A stretch of DNA of 64,000 nucleotides, from positions 2,074-66,073 of the forward strand of contig JAFGLO010000008.1 of the NCBI GenBank assembly GCA_016927995.1. Reading direction: 5' to 3'. Shown in pieces: positions 48,256 to 58,030 of the stretch. Below the pieces are notes generated by a model, which was given only the letters and a program-made list of their open reading frames with translations, did no database searches and was not told where the DNA came from. How positions within the stretch are numbered: position 1 is the first letter of the stretch; the number at the start of each line of letters is the position of its first letter. The DNA comes from Candidatus Dojkabacteria bacterium (lineage in GTDB: Bacteria; Patescibacteriota; Dojkabacteria; JAFGLO01). The translations under genes were made by a program, and so were the position numbers.

Positions 48256-49926
48256 CTATTCATTTTTCAATAGTGCTAGGCGTTTTATTAATCGGTTAAA
48301 GGCCTTTGTTGTCTCTCTGCCTTGTAACCCAGTTTTCAATGTAGTTATTTGGGACTGAATTTTTCGAATTTTTATTTCTTTTACCAATCTTTTAAGATCG
48401 GCTTCAAGAATAGTAAGGTCGTCACTTGGAAGAAGATAAACCTTAAGAAGTTTCCAGGTAGATTCAAGCTTTTCGGGTGGAGTCGTTTTTATTCCGGCTT
48501 TGACGATGTGTGCAAGAATTTTTTGTAAAACGGGTGTTTGAAGGCTTGATGGTTTTACAAAGTTTGATTTCTTTCTAAGTGTTTTTACCTGGATTAAGAT
48601 TGCCAGATAATATTTTTCTCGTTCCATGATTCCCTTATTCTTATGAACAACTTCGTTTATTGTTTCGGTGAAATCTTCTTTTAAGGTAGATTTGGTTAAA
48701 TTTTCAATCGTTTCAGAAGTAAGTTCAAAAAAATCTGAAACAGTGTCAATATAACTACGCTTGGTTACAGGATCAGTTACTCCGGTTATGAGCTTTACAA
48801 GTAGTGAAAGTACTCTTTTTTTCTGGGCTATTGTCTCCGTAGGAAGTTTGTTAAGCAGGTATTCAATAACGTTTTTTGCTGATTTTATGGCTGAAATATA
48901 AAGTTTAGGGTCTTTCTTAATACATTCGTCAATATCCTTTCCATAAGGGATATTGACAGCGGACACTGAGAATCCCTTTTTATGCGCAATATCGGCAGTT
49001 CGAATCAAAGCTTTCTGACCGGCCAAATCGGAATCAAATGCAACGTATAGATTATCGGTATATTTTTTTATTGACAAAAGTTGATTCTCGGTTAGGCTTG
49101 TTCCCAACGGAGCAACAATATTTTTTACTCCGGTAGAATGGGATGAGATTACATCGGTTTGTCCCTCAACAAGAAGTACAAAGTCTTTTTTAATAATACT
49201 TTGAGAGGCTTCATAAAGTCCAAATAAATTGTCACGTTTTTTAAATATTGGGGTCTCGGGGGAGTTCAAATATTTGGGACGCTTGTCGAATCTGTCTATT
49301 ATTCTTGCACTAAAACCGACTACTCTACCCCGTGTGTCTTTTAGTGGGAAAATAACTCTGTCATAGAATTTGTCGGAAAGCTGTCCTGGTTTTGTAAGTC
49401 CGGATTCAAGAATTTCTTTTGAAGTATACTTCTCTTTTAGTCGCGATGTAAGAAAATTATTTTCTTTGGGTGCATATCCAATATTAAAGTTTTTCCAGAC
49501 AGTTTTAGAGAATCCCCTGTCGGCAAGATACTTTTGAGCCTTAATCCCATGTTTTGATAAAAGTACCTTGTGATAGAAATCGGCAACACGAAAATAAAGA
49601 TCATATAGTTTCTTTTTTGAAGAGGCCTCCGGGTCAGAGTACTTAAACTTGCTAATATCGACACCCGCCTCGGGCGCCAAAATTTCAAGTGCTTCAGGGA
49701 AGTCAACGTGTTGATACTTTTGTACGAAAGATATCAAATCACCACTTTCGCCACAGCCAAAACATTTAAATATTTGCATGTCGGGATTAACGGAAAATGA
49801 TGGAGTTTTCTCTGAATGGAAAGGACAAAGCCCAAAGTAGTTTCGACCTCTTTGAGTAAGTGGAACAATACGTCCAATGTAATCGACAATATCAATTGAC
49901 TCTTTTATTTGATTAGCAATATCCAT
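48256..49926 (-). CDS. dnaG: DNA primase DnaG
   Basis: 556 aa. Zinc-binding CPFHSEKTPSFSVNPDMQIFKCFGCGESGD, RNA-pol domain, and TOPRIM LLVEGQTDVIS...DSDLAGQKA. Confidence 0.9.
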   Translation of the reverse strand: MDIANQIKESIDIVDYIGRIVPLTQRGRNYFGLCPFHSEKTPSFSVNPDMQIFKCFGCGESGDLISFVQKYQHVDFPEALEILAPEAGVDISKFKYSDPEASSKKKLYDLYFRVADFYHKVLLSKHGIKAQKYLADRGFSKTVWKNFNIGYAPKENNFLTSRLKEKYTSKEILESGLTKPGQLSDKFYDRVIFPLKDTRGRVVGFSARIIDRFDKRPKYLNSPETPIFKKRDNLFGLYEASQSIIKKDFVLLVEGQTDVISSHSTGVKNIVAPLGTSLTENQLLSIKKYTDNLYVAFDSDLAGQKALIRTADIAHKKGFSVSAVNIPYGKDIDECIKKDPKLYISAIKSAKNVIEYLLNKLPTETIAQKKRVLSLLVKLITGVTDPVTKRSYIDTVSDFFELTSETIENLTKSTLKEDFTETINEVVHKNKGIMEREKYYLAILIQVKTLRKKSNFVKPSSLQTPVLQKILAHIVKAGIKTTPPEKLESTWKLLKVYLLPSDDLTILEADLKRLVKEIKIRKIQSQITTLKTGLQGRETTKAFNRLIKRLALLKNE

Positions 49927-49996
49927 ATTTCTATTTTACACTACACCACTTTACATAAACAATGCCAGTAAAGCAGTAAAGTAGTGAAATAATACT

Positions 49997-50258
49997 CTCC
50001 GGAAGATACCTATGAGAGAAGTGGCAAGCTTTAACAATAAGGGAAAAACAGACAAAGGGTTCACTTCGAACATAGGAATCAACGGAAGCTTAAACAGTGA
50101 AGTAGTAAGCAGTGAAATAGTGAAGTAATCCTCCGGAAGATACCTATGAGAGAAGTGGCAAGCTTTAACAATAAGGGAAAAACAGATAAAGGGTTCACTT
50201 CGAACATAGGAATCGACAGAAGCTTGCGCAGTAAATCAGTGAAGTAATCTCCGGAGAG
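49997..50258. repeat. tandem direct repeat, about 2.2 copies of a 118-134 bp unit
   Basis: Unit CTCCGGAAGATACCTATGAGAGAAGTGGCAAGCTTTAACAATAAGGGAAAAACAGA[C/T]AAAGGGTTCACTTCGAACATAGGAATC[A/G]AC[G/A]GAAGCTT... starts at 49997 and 50131; a truncated third copy starts at 50249. Units are separated by AGTGAA(A/G)TAGTGAAG motifs. Non-coding, between dnaG and the aspS/asnS-like gene. Confidence 0.6.
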
Positions 50259-50278
50259 CTGAAGATCTATTACATGAA

Positions 50279-51595
50279 TTATTTAATCGATTGACCGGCA
50301 ACACGTTTCAAGTCACTTGGGAAAAGTGTAGCCTCTCGAATGTTTTTAAGTTCGAAGATCTGCATTGTCATTCGCTCGAGTCCAAATGAGAATCCACCCT
50401 CAGCAGGTATTCCATACTTGAAAGCCTCAAGGTAATGAGGATATTTTTCAAGTGTGAGCCCTTTTTCCTTCATATTGGCAATCAATTTATCATATTCGTG
50501 AATTCTATGGGTTCCTGATAACCACTCCAGTCCCCTACAAACAAGGTCATAACTTAATGATTCATCCGGATCGTCGGGATTATTCCAGGTATAGAAATTT
50601 TTATTTTTCTTGAAGTTTAGAACCCAAACAAAATCTGAACTGTAATTCTTTTTACTCCACTCCCCTAAAAACTTCTCATCCTCCGGGTCAAGATCAAGTT
50701 CTTCACGTTTACTACTTTTTCCTGTTTCTTTTTCGATTAACTTGTGTATTTCTTTGACTTTAATTCTTGGGAATTTATCTTTGGGAAGTAATGGAAGCGT
50801 AACTCCACAAGTTTTTATATCGGCACTATGGTTTTCCTCAAGATATTTAATAATATCACGTACGGTTTGCTCTGCAACATCTAGGATCTCATCATAGCTA
50901 TCAATAAAGCCCATTTCAGCATCGAGTTGGGTTAGTTCCATTATATGTCGACTTGTATTGTGCTTTTCTGCCCTGAAGGCCGATGCAATTGTAAAGACCT
51001 TTCCAAAAACGCCAACCATTATTTGTTTGTGAATCTGTGGGCTTTGTGCCAAGTATGCCTTTTTGTCATAATATTTGACTTCAAAAACATCCGCCCCACT
51101 TTCCGAAGGTACTCCAAGTAAAACAGGTGCTCTAAACTGAATAAATCCCTGTCTGATTAGTGATTCCGAGAATGCTCTTAGAATCCCCGCCTGGGTCTTA
51201 AAAATTGCCCTGTGTTTTTCGTTTCTAAGGGTAAGTGATCTGTGGTCAAGATCGGTATCCAGATTTATATCCAGATCTTTTTTATAATATTCAACCGGTG
51301 GAGGTTCCTTGACTTTAACTAATATTTTAACGGTTGGGTTAACAATTTCGTAAGTATAGTCACGGGAGTTTGATTTCTTAAGTATACCTTCAACCTCAAG
51401 TACAGATCCTGCGTAGATGTTAGTTAATTCAGACACGACATCTCTCTTATCCAAAACAAGTTGAATTAAATTATTGTCAAATCTAAGTGTAGCAAAAGCA
51501 ATCTTTCCAATGTCTCTAAAGTCATTTAGCCATCCTCGAACGGTAATAGTTTTATCAATATTTGAGGAAAATTCGTTAAGACTGCGAAGTCTCAT
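50279..51595 (-). CDS. class IIb aminoacyl-tRNA synthetase, aspartate/asparagine--tRNA ligase (archaeal/AspRS2-like type)
   Basis: 438 aa. N-terminal OB-fold anticodon-binding domain. Motif 2 FRAEKHNTSRHIMELTQLDAEMGF, motif 3 GGFSFGLERMTMQIFELKNIREATLFP. The Asp versus Asn specificity is not resolvable by eye. Confidence 0.8.
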   Translation of the reverse strand: MRLRSLNEFSSNIDKTITVRGWLNDFRDIGKIAFATLRFDNNLIQLVLDKRDVVSELTNIYAGSVLEVEGILKKSNSRDYTYEIVNPTVKILVKVKEPPPVEYYKKDLDINLDTDLDHRSLTLRNEKHRAIFKTQAGILRAFSESLIRQGFIQFRAPVLLGVPSESGADVFEVKYYDKKAYLAQSPQIHKQIMVGVFGKVFTIASAFRAEKHNTSRHIMELTQLDAEMGFIDSYDEILDVAEQTVRDIIKYLEENHSADIKTCGVTLPLLPKDKFPRIKVKEIHKLIEKETGKSSKREELDLDPEDEKFLGEWSKKNYSSDFVWVLNFKKNKNFYTWNNPDDPDESLSYDLVCRGLEWLSGTHRIHEYDKLIANMKEKGLTLEKYPHYLEAFKYGIPAEGGFSFGLERMTMQIFELKNIREATLFPSDLKRVAGQSIK

Positions 51596-51670
51596 AGTTA
51601 TAGAGATTTAGTTTATGTTATTTATTATACAGTAATACGGTAAAAGAGTGTGTAATGAGATAATCAACAA

Positions 51671-52045
51671 CTAATAATCAAACGGATAAAGTACAGACAA
51701 CCAAGTGAAAATGAATTCCTCAATTGGGGTATCAGTTGAAGCTTCAATTTCCTTGAGAGAGTTTTCGGGCTTCCCCGGAAAGTACACCACAATCTCTCCC
51801 GGTTTTGAATAATCCAGTCTCGTTCGTGCCTCCCTTTCAACAAATTCTAAGTTATCTGAAAGTATCTCCTTTTCTTGTAGCATAATTTGTAAATATTCGT
51901 ATCGTTTTTTATCTGCATATGCTGTTACTTCCGACTGAATTGTGCGCTTATAACCTAATTCTATGATTACAACATAAGTTTGGTAAAAGAAATATACAGA
52001 AAAGAGTGTAAGTAGAATTGTAAGTACAAGTTTTGGCAGTTTCAT
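51671..52045 (-). CDS. FtsB/DivIC-like septum formation initiator family protein
   Basis: 124 aa. N-terminal TM helix, coiled-coil segment (EKEILSDNLEFVEREARTRLDYSKPGEIVVYF, a typical FtsB C-terminal motif). Confidence 0.6.
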   Translation of the reverse strand: MKLPKLVLTILLTLFSVYFFYQTYVVIIELGYKRTIQSEVTAYADKKRYEYLQIMLQEKEILSDNLEFVEREARTRLDYSKPGEIVVYFPGKPENSLKEIEASTDTPIEEFIFTWLSVLYPFDY

Positions 52046-52064
52046 ACTCTAATTATAACGTACT

Positions 52065-52928
52065 TTACAGTTCAATGTCCTTTGCCTTTGGTTCCTCAAC
52101 CTGCATTAAATTTTTGTATCGATCGGTTGTTGAGAGGTTCTTGTGTCCAACAATCTCTGCAACTTTTTCTTTTGGAACTTTGTTTGCAAGACAATAAGCA
52201 ATATAAGTGTTTCTTAAATCGTTGACGGTGGCGTTTTCTACGCCGGCCTTTTTGAAAATACGAAGCAGTGAAGTTCTAAGATTACGAACAATTATTGGTT
52301 TCGCCGTACGGGTAATGTAGATATAGTCACTATTTACCTCAGGTCTTACCGACAGCCACCTTTTTAGTGCAGTATAGGATTTGTTGTTCAGTTGAACATT
52401 TCTTTCGGGTTGACTTTGGTACTTGTCAATAAATAGAGATGGCTTGGGTGAAGAGTCTTTAAAATCCGAGACCTTTAATCGGACTAATTCACCTACCCTA
52501 AGTCCAGTCTGTAACAGTATTTCGATTATACTGTAAAGTTTTGTGTCGCTTGCGCTTGCATCACGAATTGCACGATATTCAGTTTGTGACAGTACACGTG
52601 GAGGTGCATTTCTAAATTTGGGATGAGAAAGATCCTTAGCTGTGTTTTCCGGAATAAGCCCTTGTTTGTTTAAGAACCTAAACAATAATCGAACACTGTT
52701 TACCTTCCTTGAAATACTCTTGACGGAATATTTTTGAGTATTAAGGTGAGTTTTAAAGTCGTTTAGAACGTCAAGCGGAACTTTTTCAATTGCGTCATAA
52801 TCTCGAGAACCTAGATATGCTACAAGTTGTCTTAGATCGTTGATATAAGATTGTATTGTGTACTTGGAACGATTCTTCTGAACTAAGTGCTCTTCGAGTA
52901 GTTTAAGGGCTTCGTCGTATCTAATCAC
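52065..52928 (-). CDS. tyrosine site-specific recombinase, XerC/XerD-like
   Basis: 287 aa. N-terminal SAM-like core-binding domain. Catalytic-domain motifs GLRVGEL (Arg I), LRNTY region (box II; the usual His positions are Asn here) and VGHKNLSTTDRY (His/Tyr region). Confidence 0.7.
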   Translation of the reverse strand: MIRYDEALKLLEEHLVQKNRSKYTIQSYINDLRQLVAYLGSRDYDAIEKVPLDVLNDFKTHLNTQKYSVKSISRKVNSVRLLFRFLNKQGLIPENTAKDLSHPKFRNAPPRVLSQTEYRAIRDASASDTKLYSIIEILLQTGLRVGELVRLKVSDFKDSSPKPSLFIDKYQSQPERNVQLNNKSYTALKRWLSVRPEVNSDYIYITRTAKPIIVRNLRTSLLRIFKKAGVENATVNDLRNTYIAYCLANKVPKEKVAEIVGHKNLSTTDRYKNLMQVEEPKAKDIEL

Positions 52929-52991
52929 GTTGTCGTATAATAGATAATTTATTTTTGATTATAGCATTGAAAACCTGTAGGTGCAACCTCT

Positions 52992-53273
52992 TTATTTTTT
53001 ATCCCTTTTTTTAATTATTGCCCTAACCCAATAAGGTTTATCGGGTACGGGGTCAAATGCAGGTCTGTTAAAGGGATTACAGCTTAAAACCCTTAGAAAT
53101 CCCATCCATAATCCACGAATAGTTCCAAATCGTTCTACGGCAATCTTGGTGTACTCTGAACAGCTTGGTTGATATATGCAAACTCTGAACCTGTCAGGAT
53201 TTGCCCATATTGCATGGTCAAACGATAGTGTTTTCTGGTATAGTGCTATCGTTTTTATTACTAAATTGCGCAT
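52992..53273 (-). CDS. yidD: membrane protein insertion efficiency factor YidD
   Basis: 93 aa. YidD signature: CIYQPSCSEYTKIAVERFGTIRGLWMGFLRVLSCNPFNRPAFDPVP. Confidence 0.75.
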   Translation of the reverse strand: MRNLVIKTIALYQKTLSFDHAIWANPDRFRVCIYQPSCSEYTKIAVERFGTIRGLWMGFLRVLSCNPFNRPAFDPVPDKPYWVRAIIKKRDKK

Positions 53274-53456
53274 AATTAACCTCTTTTGTTGTCAGGGGTT
53301 GTTAACATTTTGGGCTGAGACCGATTTTGATTAACACCCTGTAATAAAAGATTGTACAAACTAATAACATAAGTGACCGGTATGATCAAACATTTATTAT
53401 ACCACACCGGACGTGTTGTCCGAATTACATAAACAGTCTAATATAACTTTGTTTTT

Positions 53457-54980
53457 ATGGAAAGAGCAGGTTGTCCCTTACAAACCGAAGCGTTGCAAGG
53501 AGTTGAATGGATATATGCGCGAGTAGCGCCCAAGTTGGCAGTTCTAGGCCCTTCCGGAGATATTATTGATCTTGGAGAAGAAGTCGGAAGGATTTTGGCT
53601 ATTAATTTAGCCATGGATGCAGGTAATACGGACCCAGATACAGACATAAGCCCTCCTCCTTTAAACTTATTTGACCTTATTCCGGAACAATATAAAGGAA
53701 TTTGTCATCCTAGATTGCAAGAATTTCTGTATCCCTGTGACGGCGGTAGTGGTTGTGTGCCTTCTTCCTTGTTAATTCCGGTTACGGTAACTTCTAATTG
53801 TAATGGTTCTGGATGGCAATGGGTTAGTGTTGCGTTACTTGGTAGAGATGCCGACAGGATTGCGATTACCATTGATACCGTTGATACACGGGCATATATA
53901 GAGGCAATGCTTTCGGATATTGTTTCGAAGCTTTCTTTTCCTGCAGTTATATTGGAACCAACGGATGATGAAGTATCTATCAGTTGTTACAACAGCGCCT
54001 TTGGAAGCCTGGTTGGATGTGATGCCGGAGATATATCTGGTCGGTCATTGACAACGATTTTTCCTCAGGATGATGAGTTCTCTCAAATAATTATTGAACA
54101 TATGGTTTCGGGTGAAAATATGATTCCTCTTATTGAAACGGAAATAATTAGATCCGATGGAGTTCCTCTAACCGTGTGGCTATGTACCGTTCCAATCGTA
54201 ATTTCGGGTCAACCGAGGATTCTATCAATCTTTGTTGACGTTACACGTTACAAACAAGCCGAAGGTGTTGGAGCCGAAGATGTGTTAAGGAACATAAATA
54301 TGGCTTCACAAAGTTGGGCGCATGATGTAAGAAATCTGATTGGTCTAATTAAATTAGGTCTTGACCTTTTAATGCTTCCGGATACAGACCAAGACACTGT
54401 GCCGGAGACCGTAGGTCAGTTACAAGTTTCTTTGGAACGAATGGAAATCGCTCTTTCCTCTTTGATGACATATATTGACCTTCTGACAGAAAGAAATTTC
54501 GAGATGGGACAGATCAGTATTGTTGAACTCCTTGAGCGGGTAAGAGCAGGCCTTAATGGAACTGCAGTTTGTAATAATGTTAACGTAACTTTTTCACCTA
54601 TTGAGTTCCTGAATCACAATATTCTTGCAAACCGGTCTCTTGCCTTGGTTGTTATGGAAAATCTTATTATTAACGCTATCAAATATACTGCAGTCAAAGA
54701 AGGAAGGAGAGATGTTGTAATAAGTGCCACGTCGGCACCGGATGAAATCCAAATCTCTGTAGCCGACACAGGTATTGGCATTCCTGAAACCGAGCTTGGT
54801 CATATTTTTAATAGACTTACCAGAGCTAGTAATGTTGGAGATATTAGTGGTAGAGGTATTGGGCTTGCAACAGTACAGCTTGCGTGTATTGCTATGGGTT
54901 GGAGAATCTTCGTTGAAAGCAAAGAAGGACACGGAACAACATTTACTATATATATTCCTCAAACGGAACCGACAACTTAA
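53457..54980 (+). CDS. cytoplasmic sensor histidine kinase (unknown N-domain, PAS-like, HisKA, HATPase_c)
   Basis: 507 aa, no TM helices. H-box SWAHDVRNLIGLI. N-box/G-boxes NLIINAIKYT, VADTGIGIPE, GRGIGLATVQ. No response regulator is adjacent. Confidence 0.7.
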   Translation: MERAGCPLQTEALQGVEWIYARVAPKLAVLGPSGDIIDLGEEVGRILAINLAMDAGNTDPDTDISPPPLNLFDLIPEQYKGICHPRLQEFLYPCDGGSGCVPSSLLIPVTVTSNCNGSGWQWVSVALLGRDADRIAITIDTVDTRAYIEAMLSDIVSKLSFPAVILEPTDDEVSISCYNSAFGSLVGCDAGDISGRSLTTIFPQDDEFSQIIIEHMVSGENMIPLIETEIIRSDGVPLTVWLCTVPIVISGQPRILSIFVDVTRYKQAEGVGAEDVLRNINMASQSWAHDVRNLIGLIKLGLDLLMLPDTDQDTVPETVGQLQVSLERMEIALSSLMTYIDLLTERNFEMGQISIVELLERVRAGLNGTAVCNNVNVTFSPIEFLNHNILANRSLALVVMENLIINAIKYTAVKEGRRDVVISATSAPDEIQISVADTGIGIPETELGHIFNRLTRASNVGDISGRGIGLATVQLACIAMGWRIFVESKEGHGTTFTIYIPQTEPTT

Positions 54981-55008
54981 GGTAAACTGAGTTTCCACGT
55001 GGAAATTA

Positions 55009-55620
55009 CTAACCTAAAAACCACTTCTCAACCTTGGTTCCCTTAAAAATGGTTCCAATAAAATAAGCTAGCAGTATCCCTGTTGCTATATCTATGGAAT
55101 AGTGACCTTGTGACCAGATAAGTGTAAAAAATTCTCCAATAAGGGCAAAAAACGAAATTGATTTAAGTCTCTTATCCGATTTCTTGTCAATAAGCATCCA
55201 CATGAGAGTTATTGAAGCCATATGACCCGATGGTATCATTCCGTGTTGATGATAATTAAGCCAGACTCCAATACTGTACAAATCACCATTTCCGGTTGGA
55301 CGTGCCGGTGGTGATAATATAACCATAAACGATCTTATCAAGTATATTGCGCCAAACAAAAACACATAATAAGAAAATTTCGACTTGTTTTTTTGTAGAT
55401 AGAATAAGAAACATAATAATGAGCTTATCCAGAACACATCGGTTAACCATTCTGTCCACTGGATATACCCGAAAATGTCGAACAGCAGGTCAGGAAGTAT
55501 TGGCCTGTTTGGATAAAAGGTTTGAATTAAGTCGCTACTGATTTTTGCGCTAACGATACCGAAAAGCAAAACAGCAGTTGCAACAAGATACTGAGTGATT
55601 TGTGGTTTGGTTCGTTTCAT
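55009..55620 (-). CDS. PAP2-superfamily membrane phosphatase
   Basis: 203 aa, multi-pass. PAP2 motifs PSGHMAS (PSGH) and SQGHYSIDIATG (SR-x5-H-x3-D variant). Confidence 0.65.
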   Translation of the reverse strand: MKRTKPQITQYLVATAVLLFGIVSAKISSDLIQTFYPNRPILPDLLFDIFGYIQWTEWLTDVFWISSLLCFLFYLQKNKSKFSYYVFLFGAIYLIRSFMVILSPPARPTGNGDLYSIGVWLNYHQHGMIPSGHMASITLMWMLIDKKSDKRLKSISFFALIGEFFTLIWSQGHYSIDIATGILLAYFIGTIFKGTKVEKWFLG

Positions 55621-55639
55621 TTTGTTTTCACGTGGAAAC

Positions 55640-56440
55640 TTAAATTAGTTTTGCCGCTCCGTGATCATTAAGAACCTTAAATTTACCGCCTCTTGTCCAA
55701 ATGAAATCAAATATCTGTTTTTGCATTTTGGCAAGGCGTGCGTTGTAAATTTCAACACAAAAGATTTCGCCGTCCACATAATTATATAGTGCAACAACAT
55801 TATTATACACCAGTATTTCGACACCCATCGAAAGTTCATTGGGATCAACATATCGAAGTTGCCAATAGTTTTTTACCATTTCTGTAACATTTGTCCAGCC
55901 TTCAATCGCTGGTTCATTTGTTAATTCATGTGTTTGAACCTTGTTTTTTACAAATTCAAGCCTAGTATACTCACAGAAGTCATAGTTTAAGAAGGCTGAC
56001 ATCTCATTTATCTCGAAAATCCTTAGTATTCCCTTGGCTTTTGAACTGTTCCATGTGACCTGTTTTAACCCTTCTATTCCTGTGTAGGACTTTATTTCAA
56101 ACGATTTTTGATTTTGCATTGACAACAAAGTAAGTTCTCTAAGTGTTGGAGGTAAAAGTCGTTTAAGTTTTTTAACTGACTGCTCTTTTTCGGCAACCAG
56201 ATTTTTTAGGGTTTCGGTCCCTGTTGTTTCGTAGCTTCTTTTTGTATCGGTAAGATTTTCATTTACAATTCCCAGGTTCTTAAGATGATCAAGTGTTCTG
56301 TAGACCGTAGTTTTGGGAATTTTTATGGCACGAGATATGGCGGTTGCGGTTAAATTTTTACTTTTATTCAAAAGCAAGTAAACAGATATGTCTTTTTCGG
56401 ATAAGCCAAGCAATTTTAAGGTATTATTAATCTGGTCCAT
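55640..56440 (-). CDS. TrmB-like HTH transcriptional regulator
   Basis: 266 aa. N-terminal winged HTH (LSEKDISVYLLLNKSKNLTATAISRAIKIPKTTVYRTLDHLKNLGIV) plus a C-terminal effector-like domain. Confidence 0.55.
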   Translation of the reverse strand: MDQINNTLKLLGLSEKDISVYLLLNKSKNLTATAISRAIKIPKTTVYRTLDHLKNLGIVNENLTDTKRSYETTGTETLKNLVAEKEQSVKKLKRLLPPTLRELTLLSMQNQKSFEIKSYTGIEGLKQVTWNSSKAKGILRIFEINEMSAFLNYDFCEYTRLEFVKNKVQTHELTNEPAIEGWTNVTEMVKNYWQLRYVDPNELSMGVEILVYNNVVALYNYVDGEIFCVEIYNARLAKMQKQIFDFIWTRGGKFKVLNDHGAAKLI

Positions 56441-56566
56441 ATTTTGGTCAGTGTTAAGTCTGTTCGTTTAATAATAGCATGTCTGCCGGTCCGCTACAAC
56501 GGACGACTGTGTGACGAAATCATCCCATAAAAAGTAAAATTAAGTGTAAATTAGAAATGGATTATC

Positions 56567-57055
56567 GTGTTTAGAGTTTGTGTTCTTAGAGATAACAAAA
56601 CAGCAAAAGAGATAGGCGAGTTTTTGACCTCCAGATATGCGTTTGACCAGACATGGGCACCCAATGAAAAGGCGATGGTTCGAAAAGCTGCAGTCGATAG
56701 TCTAAAGAATAAAAATCATCAATATTGGTATGTTAAGAATGAGGGGAAAATAATCGCTGCGATTGGAGTAAGAGAAAATAAGTATGGAAGTGGCGGATAT
56801 GAGATGGATTCAGATTATTTAGCTGTACACAGTAATTTTCGAAAAAAAGGTGTCGGAACGTTGTTGATTTTGGCAATGGAGACGTTTGTTAAGGACAGGA
56901 AGGGTAGATATATTCACATACTGACCTGTGATATTGACTCATACAAACCAGCGCTTAAGTTTTATGAGAAAAATGGATACAAGAGAGTTGCTAATATTCC
57001 GAATTACTATGTAAAAGGGGAGGGGAGAATTGACCTTTTGAAGGAGTTTACTTAA
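56567..57055 (+). CDS. GNAT family N-acetyltransferase
   Basis: 162 aa. Acetyl-CoA binding motif RKKGVGTLLILAMETF and a YEKNGYK tail. Confidence 0.7.
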   Translation: MFRVCVLRDNKTAKEIGEFLTSRYAFDQTWAPNEKAMVRKAAVDSLKNKNHQYWYVKNEGKIIAAIGVRENKYGSGGYEMDSDYLAVHSNFRKKGVGTLLILAMETFVKDRKGRYIHILTCDIDSYKPALKFYEKNGYKRVANIPNYYVKGEGRIDLLKEFT

Positions 57056-57131
57056 CTATTTTGATCGGTTTTGTAGATATTTTATTAATATAACGGTATA
57101 CTGATATATTATCTAACTTTAATGTTTTTCC

Positions 57132-57920
57132 ATGGAAGATAAAACAAAAGAGACTGCTTCTGCAACAGTGGTTCCCAAGAAAGGAAAGATAAGCTTTAAA
57201 GGAGTTCTTACATTTATCGTGGTGTTTCTTCTAGGTTGTGTTTTTACAGCTATTCTTGGAGGTGGTGTCTGGGCCATAAACAAATACATTTTGAATCCTA
57301 CGTCGGGTGAAACCAATGACGAATGCGAGGAGTGTGAAGAATGCGATGAATGTGATGAAGAAGGCTGTCCTGTTTGCGAAGAGTGTGAAGAACCCGAGGA
57401 TCGGACAGACACACTGTCGATTTCATATCTGGACGAACGTTTGTACATTACATATCCGATCGCATATAGGTCCGATATAAGCTATAGCTGGTCAGATTAT
57501 GGCGGAGGAGAGGGTCTTTTTGAATTGAATATAGATGGGGCAACTTTCTCTATCTCCTGGTATGACCCGATGGGTTGGGAAAGCTTTGGTTATCCGGATT
57601 TGTCGGTAGTTGAATTTGAAGAACTTACCCACAATAGTGGTGATACATTTATTCGTATTAGAGGTGAAAGAGATTACGAGGGGAATCACTCATATGCTTA
57701 CACTACAATGCGTGAAGGCGATCGTTGTAGAGATATTTTTTCTGAACCTACGGATGACTTTACAGGTATTCAATGTGGATTTGGACCATTTTCTGACGTT
57801 GGTGACATTGACGGACTTTTATTTGTTAGTCTAACAATTCCGGAAGGTTATTCGGAAAGTAGAATCAATGGTATCCTTGACGTAGCCGATGAAATTGTGG
57901 CTGGTTTGGATATGTATTAA
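57132..57920 (+). CDS. membrane-anchored extracytoplasmic protein with (CxxC)n acidic Cys cluster
   Basis: 262 aa. N-terminal TM helix (VLTFIVVFLLGCVFTAILGGGVWAI), then NDECEECEECDECDEEGCPVCEECEEPE. That is seven Cys at regular CxxC spacing within 25 residues, flanked by Glu/Asp. Confidence 0.45.
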   Translation: MEDKTKETASATVVPKKGKISFKGVLTFIVVFLLGCVFTAILGGGVWAINKYILNPTSGETNDECEECEECDECDEEGCPVCEECEEPEDRTDTLSISYLDERLYITYPIAYRSDISYSWSDYGGGEGLFELNIDGATFSISWYDPMGWESFGYPDLSVVEFEELTHNSGDTFIRIRGERDYEGNHSYAYTTMREGDRCRDIFSEPTDDFTGIQCGFGPFSDVGDIDGLLFVSLTIPEGYSESRINGILDVADEIVAGLDMY

Positions 57921-58030
57921 AATTCTTGGGGTATAGTCGACAAATAATTATTCTTGGATTGTGTTCCAGGAATTAAGGATTGACTTATGACCAATATTTG
58001 ACTAAAATATGACCAACTTACTTAACGGTA

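Noticed and set aside
49997-50258. Possible CRISPR array at the dnaG-aspS tandem repeat
   Set aside because: Repeat units are ~120-134 bp with no interspersed unique spacers of regular size, there are only about 2 copies, and no cas genes are nearby. It is a simple tandem duplication, not a CRISPR array.
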